Source of the DNA: Candidatus Peregrinibacteria bacterium
GTDB lineage: Bacteria; Patescibacteriota; Gracilibacteria; UM-FILTER-43-11
Assembly (NCBI GenBank): GCA_016934215.1
Contig: JAFGTE010000013.1
Span: 39,119-103,118 of the forward strand
Direction of reading: 5' to 3'
Length of the DNA stretch: 64,000 nucleotides
Positions 1 to 9,976 of this stretch are shown here, piece after piece; within the stretch, counting starts at the first letter, position 1; each line of letters opens with the position of its first letter. The translations under genes were made by a program, and so were the position numbers. The notes beneath the pieces are model-generated. The model saw nothing but the letters and a program-made list of their open reading frames with translations, did no database searches and was not told the origin of the DNA.

Positions 1-422
1 TGAGACCCTGAAATGACTTTGAGGGTCACATCGCCGTATCGGAGAACAGTTCCCCAGAACCCTTTGATCACAAAGGCAACTCCTTCTGTATCTTCGTAGC
101 CGATCCGCTGGGACGTGTTAGAAAAAAGTCCATGCCACTCCACAATAATGATACTCATGTCAGTAAAAAGCCAAACATCAGAATGCCAATCGATGAGTTC
201 ATAAAATAACTTGATACACGCCAGAATCATCCAGGCAACAATAACAAGTACGAAAACGGGACTTTTAAAACCAATAAAATAAAGGATCCATGGCAGCATA
301 AAGCCAAAAAACAATATCCCGACAAAGGGGCCGGCAAATTCGGCCCAGTGTTTATGGGCGGCATAGAGCACATTTTCCCCTTTTTCCAGGTGTTTTTTGA
401 AAATCAGCTTATCGACGAACAT
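1..422 (-). CDS. Partial membrane-flanked (bacterial PH-domain-like) protein, runs off the window edge
   Basis: Manual translation from ATG at 422 gives MFVDKLIFKKHLEKGENVLYAAHKHWAEF..., followed by two hydrophobic segments. The 'L.xGE.v....+.Hw' start resembles bPH_2-type proteins. Not in the ORF track because it is truncated. Confidence 0.65.
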   Translation of the reverse strand, partial: MFVDKLIFKKHLEKGENVLYAAHKHWAEFAGPFVGILFFGFMLPWILYFIGFKSPVFVLVIVAWMILACIKLFYELIDWHSDVWLFTDMSIIIVEWHGLFSNTSQRIGYEDTEGVAFVIKGFWGTVLRYGDVTLKVISGS

Positions 423-519
423 TTGTTTTTGGTTTTACTGGGGCCATTATCCCAAAAAAAACTGGACTTGTAAATGCTCGCCAATCCCTATAATCTATAC
501 GGGCTAACCTGCTTCAAAA

Positions 520-1509
520 ATGCAGACATTTAAACCCGAATTAGAGTATCGAAGGCCAAAATCAGGCAATGTCAGGAAGTTTTTTAAGGAAACCGGCTTA
601 TTTATTGCAGATATCTTTTACAACGCCATTGTTATCATTGTACTGGTGGTACTGATTCGCAGTTTTCTGATTTCCCCTTTTCGGGTGGTCGGTTCATCGA
701 TGGCTGACACGCTCGACAATAAGGAATTTATACTGATCGACAAGCTCAGTTATCTGGTGGGTGATATTGAGCGCGGCGACCCGGTTGTCTTTTTACCGCC
801 TGCTACCAGCAAAGACACACCCAAGTTTGAAGAAATGGTTCAGGTTAAGGCTTCCGGGACCGGTGTCTTCAATTTTTCTGAACTGCGACACGTCAAAAAT
901 GCTGTTTATTGTGATGGTCATTTGCTTAGCGCTTTTTGGTTCTGTAAAGAAAAGGTGAAACCCGGAGATCTTGTTTATTACGCTCCTCAGAAGGAAGTCG
1001 CAGGCAGTTCAGGAAAACAAACCAACTGGAACCTGGTTAAAAGAATTGAAGTGGATGAAAATACCTATAAACAAGGTACGATCGCTTTTGAAGGAGAAAA
1101 AGAAACTATTTACACCGTGCGGGTCTATGGATCAAAAGGGCCTGAATATTTTGTGAAGCGTGTTATTGGCATTCCGGGTGATACAGTTAAAATTGACGGG
1201 GGGCGCGTTTACATCAAAAGGTCTGAAGATCAGGATTTTTGGCAAATTGATGAATCTTTTCTGAACTCAGAAAACCTCAATAGGACCTATATCAGCCAAA
1301 AACACCGTCAAAATGTCTACGAGGTGCCGGAAGGTCATTATTTTGTTATGGGAGATAACCGGAATCATAGTAATGACAGCCGGAGCTGGCTTGAGCCTAT
1401 CACACAGGAAGCCTTTGCTTTTGTGCCTGAAAATAATATCAGCGGTAAAGTTTTAATTGTCCTTTGGCCGATTAATAACTTCCGACTTATTGAATCGGCC
1501 GATTTTTAG
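520..1509 (+). CDS. lepB: Signal peptidase I with a large internal insertion
   Basis: N-terminal TM helix, catalytic Ser box VVGSSM, Lys box YFVKRVIGIPGD, box E GDNRNHSNDSR. Confidence 0.93.
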   Translation: MQTFKPELEYRRPKSGNVRKFFKETGLFIADIFYNAIVIIVLVVLIRSFLISPFRVVGSSMADTLDNKEFILIDKLSYLVGDIERGDPVVFLPPATSKDTPKFEEMVQVKASGTGVFNFSELRHVKNAVYCDGHLLSAFWFCKEKVKPGDLVYYAPQKEVAGSSGKQTNWNLVKRIEVDENTYKQGTIAFEGEKETIYTVRVYGSKGPEYFVKRVIGIPGDTVKIDGGRVYIKRSEDQDFWQIDESFLNSENLNRTYISQKHRQNVYEVPEGHYFVMGDNRNHSNDSRSWLEPITQEAFAFVPENNISGKVLIVLWPINNFRLIESADF

Positions 1510-1520
1510 CAATATTACCC

Positions 1521-1549
1521 TTGAAAAAAGGTCCAAAAAATGATATAAT
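1521..1549 (+). promoter_or_regulatory. Sigma70-type promoter for the anti-sigma/STAS pair
   Basis: TTGAAA, 17-nt spacer, TATAAT with extended TG. Confidence 0.6.
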
Positions 1550-1573
1550 GGACTGATAATAATTTATCAGCCA

Positions 1574-2197
1574 ATGGATCAGAACTCATCTCAAAATCCA
1601 GGTCCGCAAAGCGTTACCCCCGCTCAAGCTTCTATTCCTGCACCCCCTCCTTCACAAGATGCTTCCGCAACTCAAAAAGGTGCCGATTTAAAAGATCAGA
1701 GTGTGCTCAGTAAGAGTCAGGATCCTGCCACGCTGGAAGCCCCGCTCAAAATTACGATCATTCTTCCTACGAATGCTTATTTTATGGCTGGTATTCGTGA
1801 TTTTACTATGACCGTCACTCAGAATATGACAGGCTTCTCTCAGCAATGGGCTTATCGTTTTCAGTCGGTTGTGGATGAACTTACGAACAATGCGATTGAA
1901 TTTGGTTCTAAGGCCGGAGAAAATATCACCATCACTTTTGTGAGTGTAAAAGGAAAATACATTGAAGTTTACGTAAGAGATACTGGTACCGGTGTTAAAA
2001 AAATGACAGCGGCTGATATGATGCAGTATCTGGAAACCCATAAAAATATCGATCCGACCACCATTACCACCATTCGCGGCCGCGGCCTTTCTCAGATCGT
2101 GGCTAACTGGGCTGATAAAGTTGGATTCACTGACAATGAAGGTGGTGGTTTAACGGCTCATGTAGTGAAATACTTTGATGCCAATGAACAACTTTAG
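1574..2197 (+). CDS. RsbW/SpoIIAB-like anti-sigma factor Ser kinase (HATPase_c_2)
   Basis: N box DELTNNAIEFG, G1 box VRDTGTG, G2 box RGRGL; low-complexity Pro/Gln N-terminus. Confidence 0.8.
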   Translation: MDQNSSQNPGPQSVTPAQASIPAPPPSQDASATQKGADLKDQSVLSKSQDPATLEAPLKITIILPTNAYFMAGIRDFTMTVTQNMTGFSQQWAYRFQSVVDELTNNAIEFGSKAGENITITFVSVKGKYIEVYVRDTGTGVKKMTAADMMQYLETHKNIDPTTITTIRGRGLSQIVANWADKVGFTDNEGGGLTAHVVKYFDANEQL

Positions 2198-2222
2198 ATA
2201 AATAACGATTAATTACCAAGCT

Positions 2223-2720
2223 ATGTCAGATATTCAAATAGCCTTTCAGGACTTAACCCTCGGTGCAAAAGCTGCCAAACTCATTACTTTTGTGGGTCAG
2301 CTGGATGAAACCAATGTGGATCATGAGGCAAGAAAAATCTATCAGGTGATCACTGAAATGGCTGAGCCGGTCCTGCTTCTGGATTTTTCTGATCTTGAAT
2401 ACATGAATTCAAAGTCCATCGGTTATGTGACTGACTGGTTTACGCAAGCGAGCGCAAAGAACGGTTCGATTTCCATCATTGGTCCTAAACCAAATATTCT
2501 GGATATACTGAAAGTCGTTGGTATTACTCAGATCATCACTGTCTATAACACTCTGGAGGAAGCAAAAACTGCTCTCGGAGGAGCTTTTATTGCAGAGGTA
2601 GCCCCTGCTCCGGTTACCCCAGCTGCCCCTGCCGCATCCCCGCCCGCTGCCCCCACTGAGACGCCTGTTTCAGTCGCTCCCGCTGCCCCCACTGAGACGC
2701 CTGCCCCTCCGGCGGTTTAA
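2223..2720 (+). CDS. STAS-domain anti-anti-sigma factor (RsbV/SpoIIAA-like) with Pro/Ala-rich tail
   Basis: GQLD motif, LLDFSDLEYMNSKSIG phospho-Ser region, ILKVVGI motif. Confidence 0.88.
   Translation: MSDIQIAFQDLTLGAKAAKLITFVGQLDETNVDHEARKIYQVITEMAEPVLLLDFSDLEYMNSKSIGYVTDWFTQASAKNGSISIIGPKPNILDILKVVGITQIITVYNTLEEAKTALGGAFIAEVAPAPVTPAAPAASPPAAPTETPVSVAPAAPTETPAPPAV
2643..2703 (+). repeat. 25-bp direct repeat in the STAS gene tail (encodes PAAPTETP twice)
   Basis: CCCGCTGCCCCCACTGAGACGCCTG at 2643-2667 and 2679-2703. Confidence 0.8.
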
Positions 2721-2815
2721 TTTTTGTAATTGGTTTAATTTTAAAGAACACGCTTTTTCTTGCGGGTTCTTTTTTGTTATAATTACTTTTGAATCATTTT
2801 AGTCACTGAGAGAAA

Positions 2816-4249
2816 ATGAAAAAATTTTTACTTTTTTTAATACTGATCGCTGTCCTGGGCGGAGGGGTTTATTATTACCGAGCTATGATTTTTCCTGACA
2901 GAGGAAATACTCTCCGAGTTGTTATGAATACAGGGGCAACGGATATTTCGCCTTACGCTCTTAATTTAAATAACACAACCCGTATCAGAAATATTTATGA
3001 AGGGCTTGTGAGTTTTAATAAAAATTTAAAAATTGCTCCCGCCCTGGCCGTCAGCTGGGGCAATCTCGATAGCACCCATTGGGAATTCCGTCTCAGAGAA
3101 GGAGTGAAATTTCATGACGGCAGTGATTTTTCCGCTCAGAATGTAGTAGATTGCTTCAATAAAGCGAAAAACAGTTCAGATTCGCAAATTGCGAGCTATA
3201 TCAGTACGATCGAAGATGTGAGTATCAGTTCAAAGAACCGTATTGTCGTAACAACCCATTCTCCCGATCCTTTACTTCTTTCCAAATTGACGAAAATTTT
3301 TATTTACAAAGACAACAATATTGGGACCGGTCCTTATATGCTGGATGAATGGATTCAGGGCAAACGGTTTAGCCTGAAAGCATTTCCCGATTATTGGGGT
3401 GAAGCACCTTTTTTCCCCCAGGCTGAATATGAAGTCATATCAAATCGTTCAGAGCGAGAAAAAGCTTTTGCTGAAGGTGAGATAGATATTCTGGTAGGTC
3501 TTACTGAAGAGCAGGCGTTGGATTTGCCTAAAGATCAGGTCATTACCAATTATGGTCTTGAGGTGAATTTTCTGATGTTTCAATTGGATGATCCGGTTTT
3601 TGAAGACCGGAATATTCGCGAAGCCATTCAAACACTGATTGACCCTGATGAAGTGGAAGAAATTGGCAACCATTTTGTCAGAAGAAGCAATCAGTTTATT
3701 GCTGAAGGTGTATTTGGATATAACAAAGAGATTCCTTATTTCAAATATGATCCTGAAAATGAAGCCCGTGATTTATTCGGTAAAAGGCTTCAGCCGATTC
3801 GTCTGGATTATCTGGCCAGCTATGGAACGCTGGTCCAGTATCTTAAGAATAAGCTCCGGCTGGCCGGCTTCTCCGTAACGGAAACGGCTGATCAGCCCGA
3901 CGACCTTCTGGAGAAAATCGGCCGCAATGAATCCTCGTTCTTCTTAATCGGATGGCGCGCAGAAGATGGCGATGCCGGAGGATTTTTTGATGCCTTCATC
4001 CATTCTGACGGCCTTTATAACAATGGCCGATACAGTAACCCTGAAGTCGATGAACTCATCGAGCAAAGCCGGACGGAGATGGATCCTCAAAAAAGGCTGG
4101 TCATGCTGCAGGAGATCAGCGCCAAAGTTTCGGAGGACCTTATTGGCATTCCTCTCTTTGAGACTTCCAGACTTTATGGAATTGATAAGGGGGTCCTATG
4201 GGAGCCGCGACTGGACGGCGAAGTTCTTGCCGCTGAAATTAGCCGATAG
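2816..4249 (+). CDS. ABC transporter substrate-binding protein, family 5 (peptide/nickel type), orphan
   Basis: NIYEGLV, PALAVSW, FRLREGVKFHDGS and GTGPY motifs; N-terminal membrane anchor. Confidence 0.9.
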   Translation: MKKFLLFLILIAVLGGGVYYYRAMIFPDRGNTLRVVMNTGATDISPYALNLNNTTRIRNIYEGLVSFNKNLKIAPALAVSWGNLDSTHWEFRLREGVKFHDGSDFSAQNVVDCFNKAKNSSDSQIASYISTIEDVSISSKNRIVVTTHSPDPLLLSKLTKIFIYKDNNIGTGPYMLDEWIQGKRFSLKAFPDYWGEAPFFPQAEYEVISNRSEREKAFAEGEIDILVGLTEEQALDLPKDQVITNYGLEVNFLMFQLDDPVFEDRNIREAIQTLIDPDEVEEIGNHFVRRSNQFIAEGVFGYNKEIPYFKYDPENEARDLFGKRLQPIRLDYLASYGTLVQYLKNKLRLAGFSVTETADQPDDLLEKIGRNESSFFLIGWRAEDGDAGGFFDAFIHSDGLYNNGRYSNPEVDELIEQSRTEMDPQKRLVMLQEISAKVSEDLIGIPLFETSRLYGIDKGVLWEPRLDGEVLAAEISR

Positions 4250-4307
4250 TCCTTTTCATCAGAATAAATTTATGGTACGGTTATGAAAGTCCTTTTTAAA
4301 CATTTTT

Positions 4308-5618
4308 ATGTCCAACCCAAAATACCAATCCCCCAAAGGTGTTCACGATGTTTTACCGGATGATCACCTGTATTTCTCTTTTATTAAAAAGGTTGTCAGG
4401 CATCATTGCAGACGGGCCGGTTTCCGCCGCATTTCGACTCCCATATTTGAAAATATCGAAGTGTTTAAACGGAGTATCGGAGAAACATCAGATATTGTGG
4501 AAAAAGAGATGTTTCTTTTTGAAAGTAAATCCGGTAAGAAGTACGCGCTTAAGCCGGAGGGAACGGCCGGCGTGGTACGCGCCTATCTGGAACACGGAAT
4601 GAGCAATCTGCCGAAACCGGTGGAACTTTATTACATCGAACCTCATTTCAGGTACAACCGGCCACAAAAAGGCCGGTACCGGCAGTTTCATCAGTTTGGT
4701 TTTGAAGTGATCGGTGAATCTGATCCGGCGATTGACGCTCAGGTGATCTACATTTCTCATCGTATCAATCAGGATTTGGGCATTGCGGACCGACTGACCT
4801 TGCAGCTGAATACCATTGGCAGCAGTGAGGATCGTATTAAATTTCGTGAAGATTTAGTGAATTATTACACTGGCAAAGAAAGAAGTCTTTGTGAAGACTG
4901 CCGCAGACGAATGCATGAAAATCCGATGCGCCTGCTTGATTGTAAGGAGGAGGATTGTCAAATTCTGGCTTCTATGGCGCCCAAACTGGAAAATGTCATG
5001 AGTGACGAAAGTAAAGAACATTTTAAATTACTTCAGGAATATCTGGATGAACTGGGAGTTAAATATGAACTCAATCCTACTTTAGTTCGCGGGCTTGATT
5101 ATTACACACATACTGTTTATGAATTCTGGAGCAAGCATGACGGTGCTCAGAATGCGACTGGCGGAGGTGGTCGTTATGACGGTTTGGTTGAACTGATGGG
5201 GGGTGAAAGTACCCCTGCCGTCGGTTATGCAGCCGGCATGGAACGTATTGTGGAATACATGAAGGAGGCAGGTATTCGCCCCCCGAATAAAGATAAAGTA
5301 GATGTCTTTGTGGCCCAACTTGGTCTCGTCGCTAAAAAGAAATCCCTGTCACTGATCAATGAACTCCGTGATCTTGGAATCAATACAGTAGGCGCTATCG
5401 GAAAGTCTTCGATGAAGGGGCAGATGGGACTGGCTGACAAGCTGAATGCCAAATACAGCCTGATTCTGGGGCAGATTGAAGTACAGGAGGGCACCATCAT
5501 TCTGCGCGATATGGAAAAAGGCAGTCAGGAAACGGTGTCTTATGAAGGTATTGTGGAAAAGATGAAAAAGATTCTGGGCGAGAAAAAATTGTCTTCGAAA
5601 AAACTCTGGGAAGAATAA
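4308..5618 (+). CDS. hisS: Histidine-tRNA ligase
   Basis: PKGVHD, LKPEGTA, RPQKGRYRQFHQFG, LVRGLDYY and GGGRYDGL motifs. Confidence 0.97.
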   Translation: MSNPKYQSPKGVHDVLPDDHLYFSFIKKVVRHHCRRAGFRRISTPIFENIEVFKRSIGETSDIVEKEMFLFESKSGKKYALKPEGTAGVVRAYLEHGMSNLPKPVELYYIEPHFRYNRPQKGRYRQFHQFGFEVIGESDPAIDAQVIYISHRINQDLGIADRLTLQLNTIGSSEDRIKFREDLVNYYTGKERSLCEDCRRRMHENPMRLLDCKEEDCQILASMAPKLENVMSDESKEHFKLLQEYLDELGVKYELNPTLVRGLDYYTHTVYEFWSKHDGAQNATGGGGRYDGLVELMGGESTPAVGYAAGMERIVEYMKEAGIRPPNKDKVDVFVAQLGLVAKKKSLSLINELRDLGINTVGAIGKSSMKGQMGLADKLNAKYSLILGQIEVQEGTIILRDMEKGSQETVSYEGIVEKMKKILGEKKLSSKKLWEE

Positions 5619-5770
5619 TTTCTGACAACTTTAAAAAAGTTTTCAGTACTTTCAAAATATCTGACCTCGCTCTTCATCTTCTCGCTCAGCGTCAGGACTT
5701 CCCTCAGGGTACATGCCCCCTCGGGGTTCCTTCCAGCTTCGCTCAAAGCTTCATCACTCGCTAATTATAT

Positions 5771-6592
5771 ATGACAAAAACTTTTGGTATCGTCGGGCAT
5801 CCGGTGGAACATTCACTTTCCCCTGCGATGCATAATGCTGCTTTCAGGTCTGAAAGTATTGATGCTGAGTACAGGCTTTTTGATGTCCATCCGGACAATC
5901 CTGATAATCTGGCAAATTTTTGCTATGAGACCGATATGAATCGTATTGGCGGTTTTAGTGTCACTATGCCTTACAAGGAACGTATTATGGATTACTGCGA
6001 CCATTTCGATCCTTTGGCTAAAATCATTGGTGCCGTGAATACCATTAAGAATGAAAAGTCGAATCTAAACGGTTACAACACTGACAGTCCTGGCGCTATG
6101 CAGGCTTTACAGGAAAAGACTAAATTACCCGGTAAAAAGGCGCTTGTGCTCGGCACCGGCGGTGCCGGACGCGCTATTATTTATGGGCTTAAGGAATACG
6201 GTGCGCAGGTGCATATTTTTGATCGCATACTTTCGAAGATGGAAAAAACGGCTGAACAATTTGAGGTAGACACAATTGATTTAAGAACTATTAAAGAGGC
6301 CGAATTCGATATTATTGTGAATGCCACTCCGGTAGGCAGCTTTCCGCAAATTGAGCAGAGTCTGCTGACTGCCGAACAGATTAAACAAGGAGCCCTAGTT
6401 ATGGATATTGTGACTAATCCTTTGGAAACACAGCTGCTAAAGGAAGCTAAGAAAGCCGGTGCTGAAACGATTTCGGGCGAAAGGATGCTGCTTCATCAGG
6501 CGGCCGGCCAATTTACTATTTGGTTTGAGAAACCCGCCCCCTTTGAAGTTATGGAAAAAGCACTTTATGAGGAACTGAAAAAAAGGAGGTAG
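5771..6592 (+). CDS. aroE: Shikimate dehydrogenase
   Basis: GHPVEHSLSPAMHN, SVTMPYK, GAVNT, GYNTD, NATPVG and MLLHQA motifs. Confidence 0.93.
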   Translation: MTKTFGIVGHPVEHSLSPAMHNAAFRSESIDAEYRLFDVHPDNPDNLANFCYETDMNRIGGFSVTMPYKERIMDYCDHFDPLAKIIGAVNTIKNEKSNLNGYNTDSPGAMQALQEKTKLPGKKALVLGTGGAGRAIIYGLKEYGAQVHIFDRILSKMEKTAEQFEVDTIDLRTIKEAEFDIIVNATPVGSFPQIEQSLLTAEQIKQGALVMDIVTNPLETQLLKEAKKAGAETISGERMLLHQAAGQFTIWFEKPAPFEVMEKALYEELKKRR

Positions 6593-6624
6593 CATACCTC
6601 TTCAGAAAGATACCCACCAATGTT

Positions 6625-7251
6625 ATGAATCGAAAAAAAAGGGCTCAACAGATCATGCAGATTCTTGACCGACTCTATCCGAAGGCGCCTATTTTGCTTA
6701 AACATAAGCAAGACAACCACTTCACCTTTCTGGTGGCAGTATTGCTTTCAGCGAGAGCTACAGACAAAGTAGTGAACAAAATCACCCCGACACTTTTTGA
6801 GCTGGCTGACACCCCTGAAAAAATGATGAAGGTACCTGTAAAAAAAATCCGGGAGATTATTAAACCGATTGGCCTCTCCCCTGCTAAATCAAAGAATATT
6901 AAGGCGCTCAGTCAGATTTTGGTGAATCAATTTAAAGGTAAGGTTCCTGATTCCTTTGCAGCGCTTGAGAGTTTGCCTGGTGTAGGCCACAAAACAGCGT
7001 CGGTGATCATGGCCCAGGCGTTTCATCATCCGGCTTTTCCCGTGGATACCCATATTCACCGCCTGGCCAAACGCTGGGGACTTTCTAATGGCAAATCTGT
7101 AGTTCAGACGGAACGGGATTTAAAAAAAGTGTTTCCCAAAGAAAAATGGAAAAAATTACACCTTCAGATGATTTTCTTTGGCCGCGAGTATTGTAAAGCT
7201 CTGAAACACAAAGAAACTGATTGTCCCATCTGCTCAAGGTTTCAAACTTAG
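6625..7251 (+). CDS. nth: Endonuclease III (HhH-GPD glycosylase)
   Basis: LVAVLLSA, LPGVGHKTA HhH motif, PVDTHIHR; C-terminal Cys motif appears to have only three Cys. Confidence 0.92.
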   Translation: MNRKKRAQQIMQILDRLYPKAPILLKHKQDNHFTFLVAVLLSARATDKVVNKITPTLFELADTPEKMMKVPVKKIREIIKPIGLSPAKSKNIKALSQILVNQFKGKVPDSFAALESLPGVGHKTASVIMAQAFHHPAFPVDTHIHRLAKRWGLSNGKSVVQTERDLKKVFPKEKWKKLHLQMIFFGREYCKALKHKETDCPICSRFQT

Positions 7252-9284
7252 CGTACCAGAGCTATATCTGATACAAAAGTCTGATTGCGATTCAGTTCGG
7301 TTTCAAATATCGGTATCAGTGAAAAAGCGTTTGAAGAAATCGGATTGCTGTTCGTGACTATTAAGGAATCCGGTAAAATGATTTCTTTTTTTAACGTAAT
7401 ATTTTCGGCACCCGCCTGCTTTTCGGCAACAAACTGATAACTGTCTTCGGGATGGAAACTGAGATTAAAAGGTAAGAGGTAACGGATGGTGACTTCCTTT
7501 TCATCTCCTGCGTTGATGGGTCCGAGGGTGAAGGCAAATACGGTCCAGTCCAGGTCTTCGGATACTTCGATGGCCGTAAGATCGATACCGCTGGCATCCT
7601 GAAGAGCGCTGCCTTTTGGCACATAAACCCGCATATAATCAACGTTGGGGCCACGACCCAAAATAAAGTAAGCTGATTCTTCACCGAGGGCACCCGTGCC
7701 ATAACGGCTGATCAGATTGGCCAGTTTTGTTTCAGCATGATGATTCCAGGTGTGCGTTTTTTTAATCGTCAGGACATCTTCAATTTTTCCTTTCTCGCTG
7801 ATATGACTAAGGTGATGTAACTGCATGTGCATGTACTCATCACTTTTATTCCCACCGATCGCTGTAGTGATCACAGAAAGATAATCTTTTTTTTCAGCCG
7901 GCTTTTCTATAGCTCCATCTAAACCAATACGCACAATCAATTCCTGGACTCCCGGATGCATGGAATACATTTGCACATGACCTTCTTTAATGAGTTTTTT
8001 TCCTAAGTCAATCAGACGGCCCGTTTCGGAAAGATCAGGAATTTTTTTCTGCAGTACGGGGATCAGATCAAAAAGAAGCTGTTTGGGCGTAGCCGACTCA
8101 CTGAGTTTAGCTTCCGTATAAAAAGAAATGATGTCGCTGAAATTCCCGGCACGGATCTGAAACGGAAAACTGGGCAAAACCACCGGCCCTGTCAATTCCA
8201 GCAAGCCTTCAACCACATTCTGGTCAATGGCAATGACCGTATCGACCGAAGGCCCTTTGCTGTGTTCTAAAAACCACATAATACTCTGAGCGCTTGTCGG
8301 AAAGTCGGGGCTGTAATTGGCATCCCGCATGTATAAGCGGTCGGCCACCTGGTCAATTCCCGGCGGCGGATCGACCATATCGTGAAGCTGACCATCGGTT
8401 TCATAAACGTCCTTCGTCTCCATTTTGCTGATCTTTCCGTCGTTCACATCAACGATCATATAACTGCCAATGAAGCCGCCTGTCGCCCTGAGCTCGTGGT
8501 TGTTCTGAAAAAGCAGCAGATAGCGATGCGGCACGTCATCCCCCAGCAGGCTTAAGAGCACATCAAAATTCTCATCCACTTCCAGCAAAGCCGCCATCAT
8601 CTGACCGATTTGCGTGCGGGCTGAGGCGATTTTCCTTCGCAGGTCTTCGGGCAGAATGTCATCGTTGATCGTCGCCATTTTACGCTGCAGTGAAGCTGCC
8701 ATGGCCAGAATTTCATCAAAAGCTATTTTTCTTTCTTTGAGCGCCTCAACCAGCCCTCCGTCCTCTCCGCCGGCCATTGCCAGCATAGCCTGGGGCAGTT
8801 CATTAAAACTCAGCATCAGCTCCGAAAGCTCCTGACCAATCTGAGTTACTTCCAGCGCACTTTCGATTAGTTTGTTGGCCGCGTCCAGATACAAGCCTTC
8901 CGACATAAATTGCTCATTTTGCGAGATTATAGGTTCCGCCGTCTGACTGAGCTTTTGAAAACTGGCTTCCGCCTCTAAAAAATGTGTTTTGGCGGCGGCT
9001 GCATTCTTTGCCAGTAAACTCTCTGCCCCTAATTTTATGCTTTCATAGCCTTCATAGGCGTTTTCCTGCCCCTCAAATATCATTTCCCGCCCCAGTACGT
9101 AAGCGTTCCCGATGCTCAGAAACAGAAAAGCTACCAAAGTGACGATCGCAAATAGGAAAAAATCGCTTCGCCGGCCCAATTGGGGCGGATTGGTCCCCTT
9201 TTTGGAAGGCCTGATATCAAAAAATTTTCCCTGCATGGGTTCGAGTCTGATGCCGCCTTTTTTTGGACTTTTCTTTTCGGACAT
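7248..9284 (-). CDS. DUF4012-like membrane-anchored protein
   Basis: N-terminal TM, helical stalk, and YLLLFQNNHELRATGGFIGS, RDANYSPDFP, GGNKSD and YMRVYVP motifs typical of DUF4012 proteins. Confidence 0.8.
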   Translation of the reverse strand: MSEKKSPKKGGIRLEPMQGKFFDIRPSKKGTNPPQLGRRSDFFLFAIVTLVAFLFLSIGNAYVLGREMIFEGQENAYEGYESIKLGAESLLAKNAAAAKTHFLEAEASFQKLSQTAEPIISQNEQFMSEGLYLDAANKLIESALEVTQIGQELSELMLSFNELPQAMLAMAGGEDGGLVEALKERKIAFDEILAMAASLQRKMATINDDILPEDLRRKIASARTQIGQMMAALLEVDENFDVLLSLLGDDVPHRYLLLFQNNHELRATGGFIGSYMIVDVNDGKISKMETKDVYETDGQLHDMVDPPPGIDQVADRLYMRDANYSPDFPTSAQSIMWFLEHSKGPSVDTVIAIDQNVVEGLLELTGPVVLPSFPFQIRAGNFSDIISFYTEAKLSESATPKQLLFDLIPVLQKKIPDLSETGRLIDLGKKLIKEGHVQMYSMHPGVQELIVRIGLDGAIEKPAEKKDYLSVITTAIGGNKSDEYMHMQLHHLSHISEKGKIEDVLTIKKTHTWNHHAETKLANLISRYGTGALGEESAYFILGRGPNVDYMRVYVPKGSALQDASGIDLTAIEVSEDLDWTVFAFTLGPINAGDEKEVTIRYLLPFNLSFHPEDSYQFVAEKQAGAENITLKKEIILPDSLIVTNSNPISSNAFSLIPIFETELNRNQTFVSDIALVR

Positions 9285-9298
9285 GGTTTTATTTTAGC

Positions 9299-9745
9299 GT
9301 GAAAAGTATTTACGACCAAATCTGGGAATCCGCTTTAAAAAAGCTGGAAGTACGTCATCATAGCAAAGCGGAACTCTTGCGCAAGCTCACTGAGAAATTT
9401 CCGGGCGATCGGGGCACGATTCTTACGGTGATTGAGGAGATGGAGCGGGTTCAGCTTTTAAATGACCGCCGTTTTACCGAAGAGTTTGTGCATCATTTAA
9501 TCCAAAAACCGATCGGGCGTTTTAAAATCATGATGGAATGTAAAAAGCGAGGTTTGGATGAAGCTATGGTAGAGCAGGCTCTGCTGGACGCGGAATGGAG
9601 CGAGGAAAAGGCGATCAAAGAAGCTGTTGCCGAAAAACAGCGCGTGTTTCATGAAAAAGATGAACGCAAACGGAAACAGAAGCTGGTGAATTTCCTGAAA
9701 AACCGGGGTTTTACGGACCGTGTGATTTTTCGTTACTTTAAATAA
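9299..9745 (+). CDS. recX: Regulatory protein RecX
   Basis: RHHSKAELLRKL, LLNDRRF and FLKNRGF motifs. GTG start at 9299 chosen to avoid overlap with the divergent gene. Confidence 0.85.
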   Translation: MKSIYDQIWESALKKLEVRHHSKAELLRKLTEKFPGDRGTILTVIEEMERVQLLNDRRFTEEFVHHLIQKPIGRFKIMMECKKRGLDEAMVEQALLDAEWSEEKAIKEAVAEKQRVFHEKDERKRKQKLVNFLKNRGFTDRVIFRYFK

Positions 9746-9976
9746 AAGGTCCGCCCCCTTCCTTCAATGCTATACAAATAACTGTCACTCAGATATTTAT
9801 TTTTTCGGTATGTTTGCTTTTTCTGGCTTATTAAAGCCATTTTTATTTCTGTTTTATGCATAATTAATGTCATTGAGACAGCAATTTGTATAATGCGTTT
9901 CTACTACACTGGGGAGCCGGAGCGGCGCTGTATTGTAAAATAATTTGCTTTCTGAAGCTTTTTTGTGTATACTTTA

